A stretch of 64,000 nt of DNA, taken from assembly GCA_965215145.1 (NCBI GenBank), contig OZ244038.1, positions 3,132,579-3,196,578 on the forward strand, read 5' to 3'. Of this stretch, positions 62,469-64,000 are shown piece by piece (position 1 is the first letter of the stretch; each line of letters opens with the position of its first letter). A model generated the notes under the pieces. It did no database searches and was not told where the DNA came from. It worked only from the letters and a program-made list of their open reading frames with translations. The translations under genes were made by a program, and so were the position numbers. Origin of the DNA: Rhodothermales bacterium (GTDB lineage: Bacteria > Bacteroidota > Rhodothermia > Rhodothermales > JANQRZ01).

Positions 62469-64000
62469 ATGCCCTCAGACCTTAGTTACTCCTCCGATGC
62501 CCCTCTCACGACTAGAGAGGGCGACCTGTTTGATCGGTGGCCGTTCGCCGAGCGCGTTGCTCACGTCCTTCGTAACCGGCGTGAGGCGTCAAGTTTAGTC
62601 ATCGGACTATACGGGACATGGGGAGAGGGCAAGACTACTCTTCTCAATTTCATTGAGGAGGCGCTTGAGGATGCTGAGAACGTAGTCGTCGTGCGCTTCA
62701 ACCCGTGGCGATTCGGCAATGAGTCAGCACTGATCCGAAGCTTCTTCGACGCGCTTGCGACTGCCGTAGGCGGGAAGTTGACAACAAGCAAGGAAGATTT
62801 CGCTTCGACTATAGTAAAGTATGCCGGAGCCGTGTCGCTGGGAGGGTTCGGCGTCGATATTGACCCCGCGAGCGCGGCTCAGGTTCACGCTGAGGTTGAT
62901 CTTGAGAAGCTGCGTGACCGACTCACCACCATCCTTCATGAGGCCGACTTGCGGGTCGTGGTTCGCATAGATGATATCGACCGCCTCGACAAGGACGAGG
63001 TACAAGCTGTATTCCGCCTCGTGAAGTTGTCAGCCGACTTCGAAAACGTTGCGTACGTGTTGGCATTCGACCCCGACGTGGTGGCCGCGGCGCTCCAAGA
63101 GCGATATGGACCAGGTCAGCCAAGGGCAGGATACGACTTCCTAGAAAAAATCGTGACGGTCCCATTGCAGATCCCACCCGCTCGCCTACAGTCTCTCTTC
63201 AACTTAAGTCTCGCTGCAATCGAAGAAGCCCTTAGTCTGTCAGGCTTGGACATTTCTGATGATAAGTACCACTTTGTGAATGCATTTAGACTAGGACTCC
63301 TCCCAGCCATGAGGACACCGAGAATGGCGAAGCGATATGGAAATGCTGTTCGCTTCGCGCTACCTATTCTGGCTGGTGAGGTTAATGTATCGGATCAACT
63401 TCTCATTGAGGGCATGCGGGTTATGTATCCAAGGCTCTATGATCACGTTCGTTCTCATCCAGAGATCTATTTGCGAAATGAACCTGATAGTTACATAATA
63501 TCACGCACCAAAGAGGGAGAGGACGAACGTCTCTGCTCTATCGAAGCCGTCATTTCCGAACGAGTGACCCAACACTCTGTAGCGGCATCTCGATTGCTCA
63601 ACCATCTCTTCCCTCAAGTATACGATCGAGGCACTAATGGAGATCCTCGCAAGGATCAGAGAGTCGCCTCGGATTGGTACTTCGAACGCTTTTTCAATTA
63701 TGCTGTTCCCTCCGACTCCATCGCGGATCGGGCACTCGCAGAGGCCATATCGATCGCCGAGAGCGGTGACCTGCCGAGATGCATAGAGCATTTACGCTCT
63801 CTGTTAAGAGAGTCAACCGAACAGCGCCTTGTCGAGATGCTGCACATTCGTGCTGACTCTGTGCCACAGGTTGCAATTCCGACACTCAGCCGTGCTATCG
63901 CTTCGATATCGGATGGCTTGTTGGCCCAGCATCGCTTCTTCCATTTCTCAACTGAGAACACAGCAGCAGCGGCAGTATGTTCCATGATTCAGCGAGTCGA
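62469..64000 (+). CDS. KAP-family P-loop NTPase (partial; runs off the right edge)
   Basis: Not in the ORF track because no stop is reached. My translation from the ATG at 62469 is open to the window end: MPSDLSYSSDAPLTTREGDLFDRWPFAERVAHVL..SSLVIGLYGTWGEGKTTLLNFI (Walker A, G.WG.GKT), FNPWRF, and LRVVVRIDDIDRLDKDEV (Walker B, DD.DR), then FDPDVV... Codon usage is A/T-rich, unlike the rest of the window. Confidence 0.8.
   Translation, partial: MPSDLSYSSDAPLTTREGDLFDRWPFAERVAHVLRNRREASSLVIGLYGTWGEGKTTLLNFIEEALEDAENVVVVRFNPWRFGNESALIRSFFDALATAVGGKLTTSKEDFASTIVKYAGAVSLGGFGVDIDPASAAQVHAEVDLEKLRDRLTTILHEADLRVVVRIDDIDRLDKDEVQAVFRLVKLSADFENVAYVLAFDPDVVAAALQERYGPGQPRAGYDFLEKIVTVPLQIPPARLQSLFNLSLAAIEEALSLSGLDISDDKYHFVNAFRLGLLPAMRTPRMAKRYGNAVRFALPILAGEVNVSDQLLIEGMRVMYPRLYDHVRSHPEIYLRNEPDSYIISRTKEGEDERLCSIEAVISERVTQHSVAASRLLNHLFPQVYDRGTNGDPRKDQRVASDWYFERFFNYAVPSDSIADRALAEAISIAESGDLPRCIEHLRSLLRESTEQRLVEMLHIRADSVPQVAIPTLSRAIASISDGLLAQHRFFHFSTENTAAAAVCSMIQRV

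Overview
About 70% GC chromosomal segment. It most likely comes from a Bacteroidota/Rhodothermota-type organism: three proteins end in T9SS-type C-terminal sorting domains, and there is a DUF3098-like gene, a bacterial GH3-family gene and a cbb3 oxidase cluster. All functions were assigned by reading motifs in the translations; no searches were run. Many long ORFs in the track are Arg/Pro/Gly-rich antisense or out-of-frame shadows of real genes and were discarded.

Gene content, left to right:
- Cell-envelope and housekeeping genes: PBP4/dacB, mreD-like, aroC.
- A ~2950-aa cyclic beta-1,2-glucan synthase, followed by a CheB-CheR-PAS histidine kinase and a response regulator. Convergent to these are a GH144-like (beta-1,2-glucanase family) gene and a GH39-like gene.
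- A decayed flavodoxin-like pseudogene.
- A tightly coupled six-gene minus-strand operon of unknown function: 2 x B12-binding radical SAM, 2 x GNAT-like, a membrane desaturase and a GH3-type adenylating enzyme.
- An alpha/beta-hydrolase-OsmC fusion.
- T9SS cargo proteins: an endonuclease I, an unknown protein and a large FG-GAP repeat protein.
- M48 peptidase, a sensor kinase, and folA-thyA.
- Polysaccharide genes (flippase, GT2, sulfotransferase-like) split by an IS5/IS427-like element. This element carries two in-frame 15-bp x ~7 tandem arrays inside its transposase.
- A cbb3 oxidase cluster, ccoNOQP-ccoG ... fixH-like-ccoI-ccoS, interrupted by a USP + PGM1-like ATP-grasp pair and a ~137-bp palindromic element.
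- From about 62.4 kb to the window end, an abrupt drop to roughly 45-57% GC (counted on two 60-nt lines). This region holds an edge-truncated KAP-family P-loop NTPase gene that is missing from the ORF track.

No rRNA, tRNA or CRISPR array was seen.
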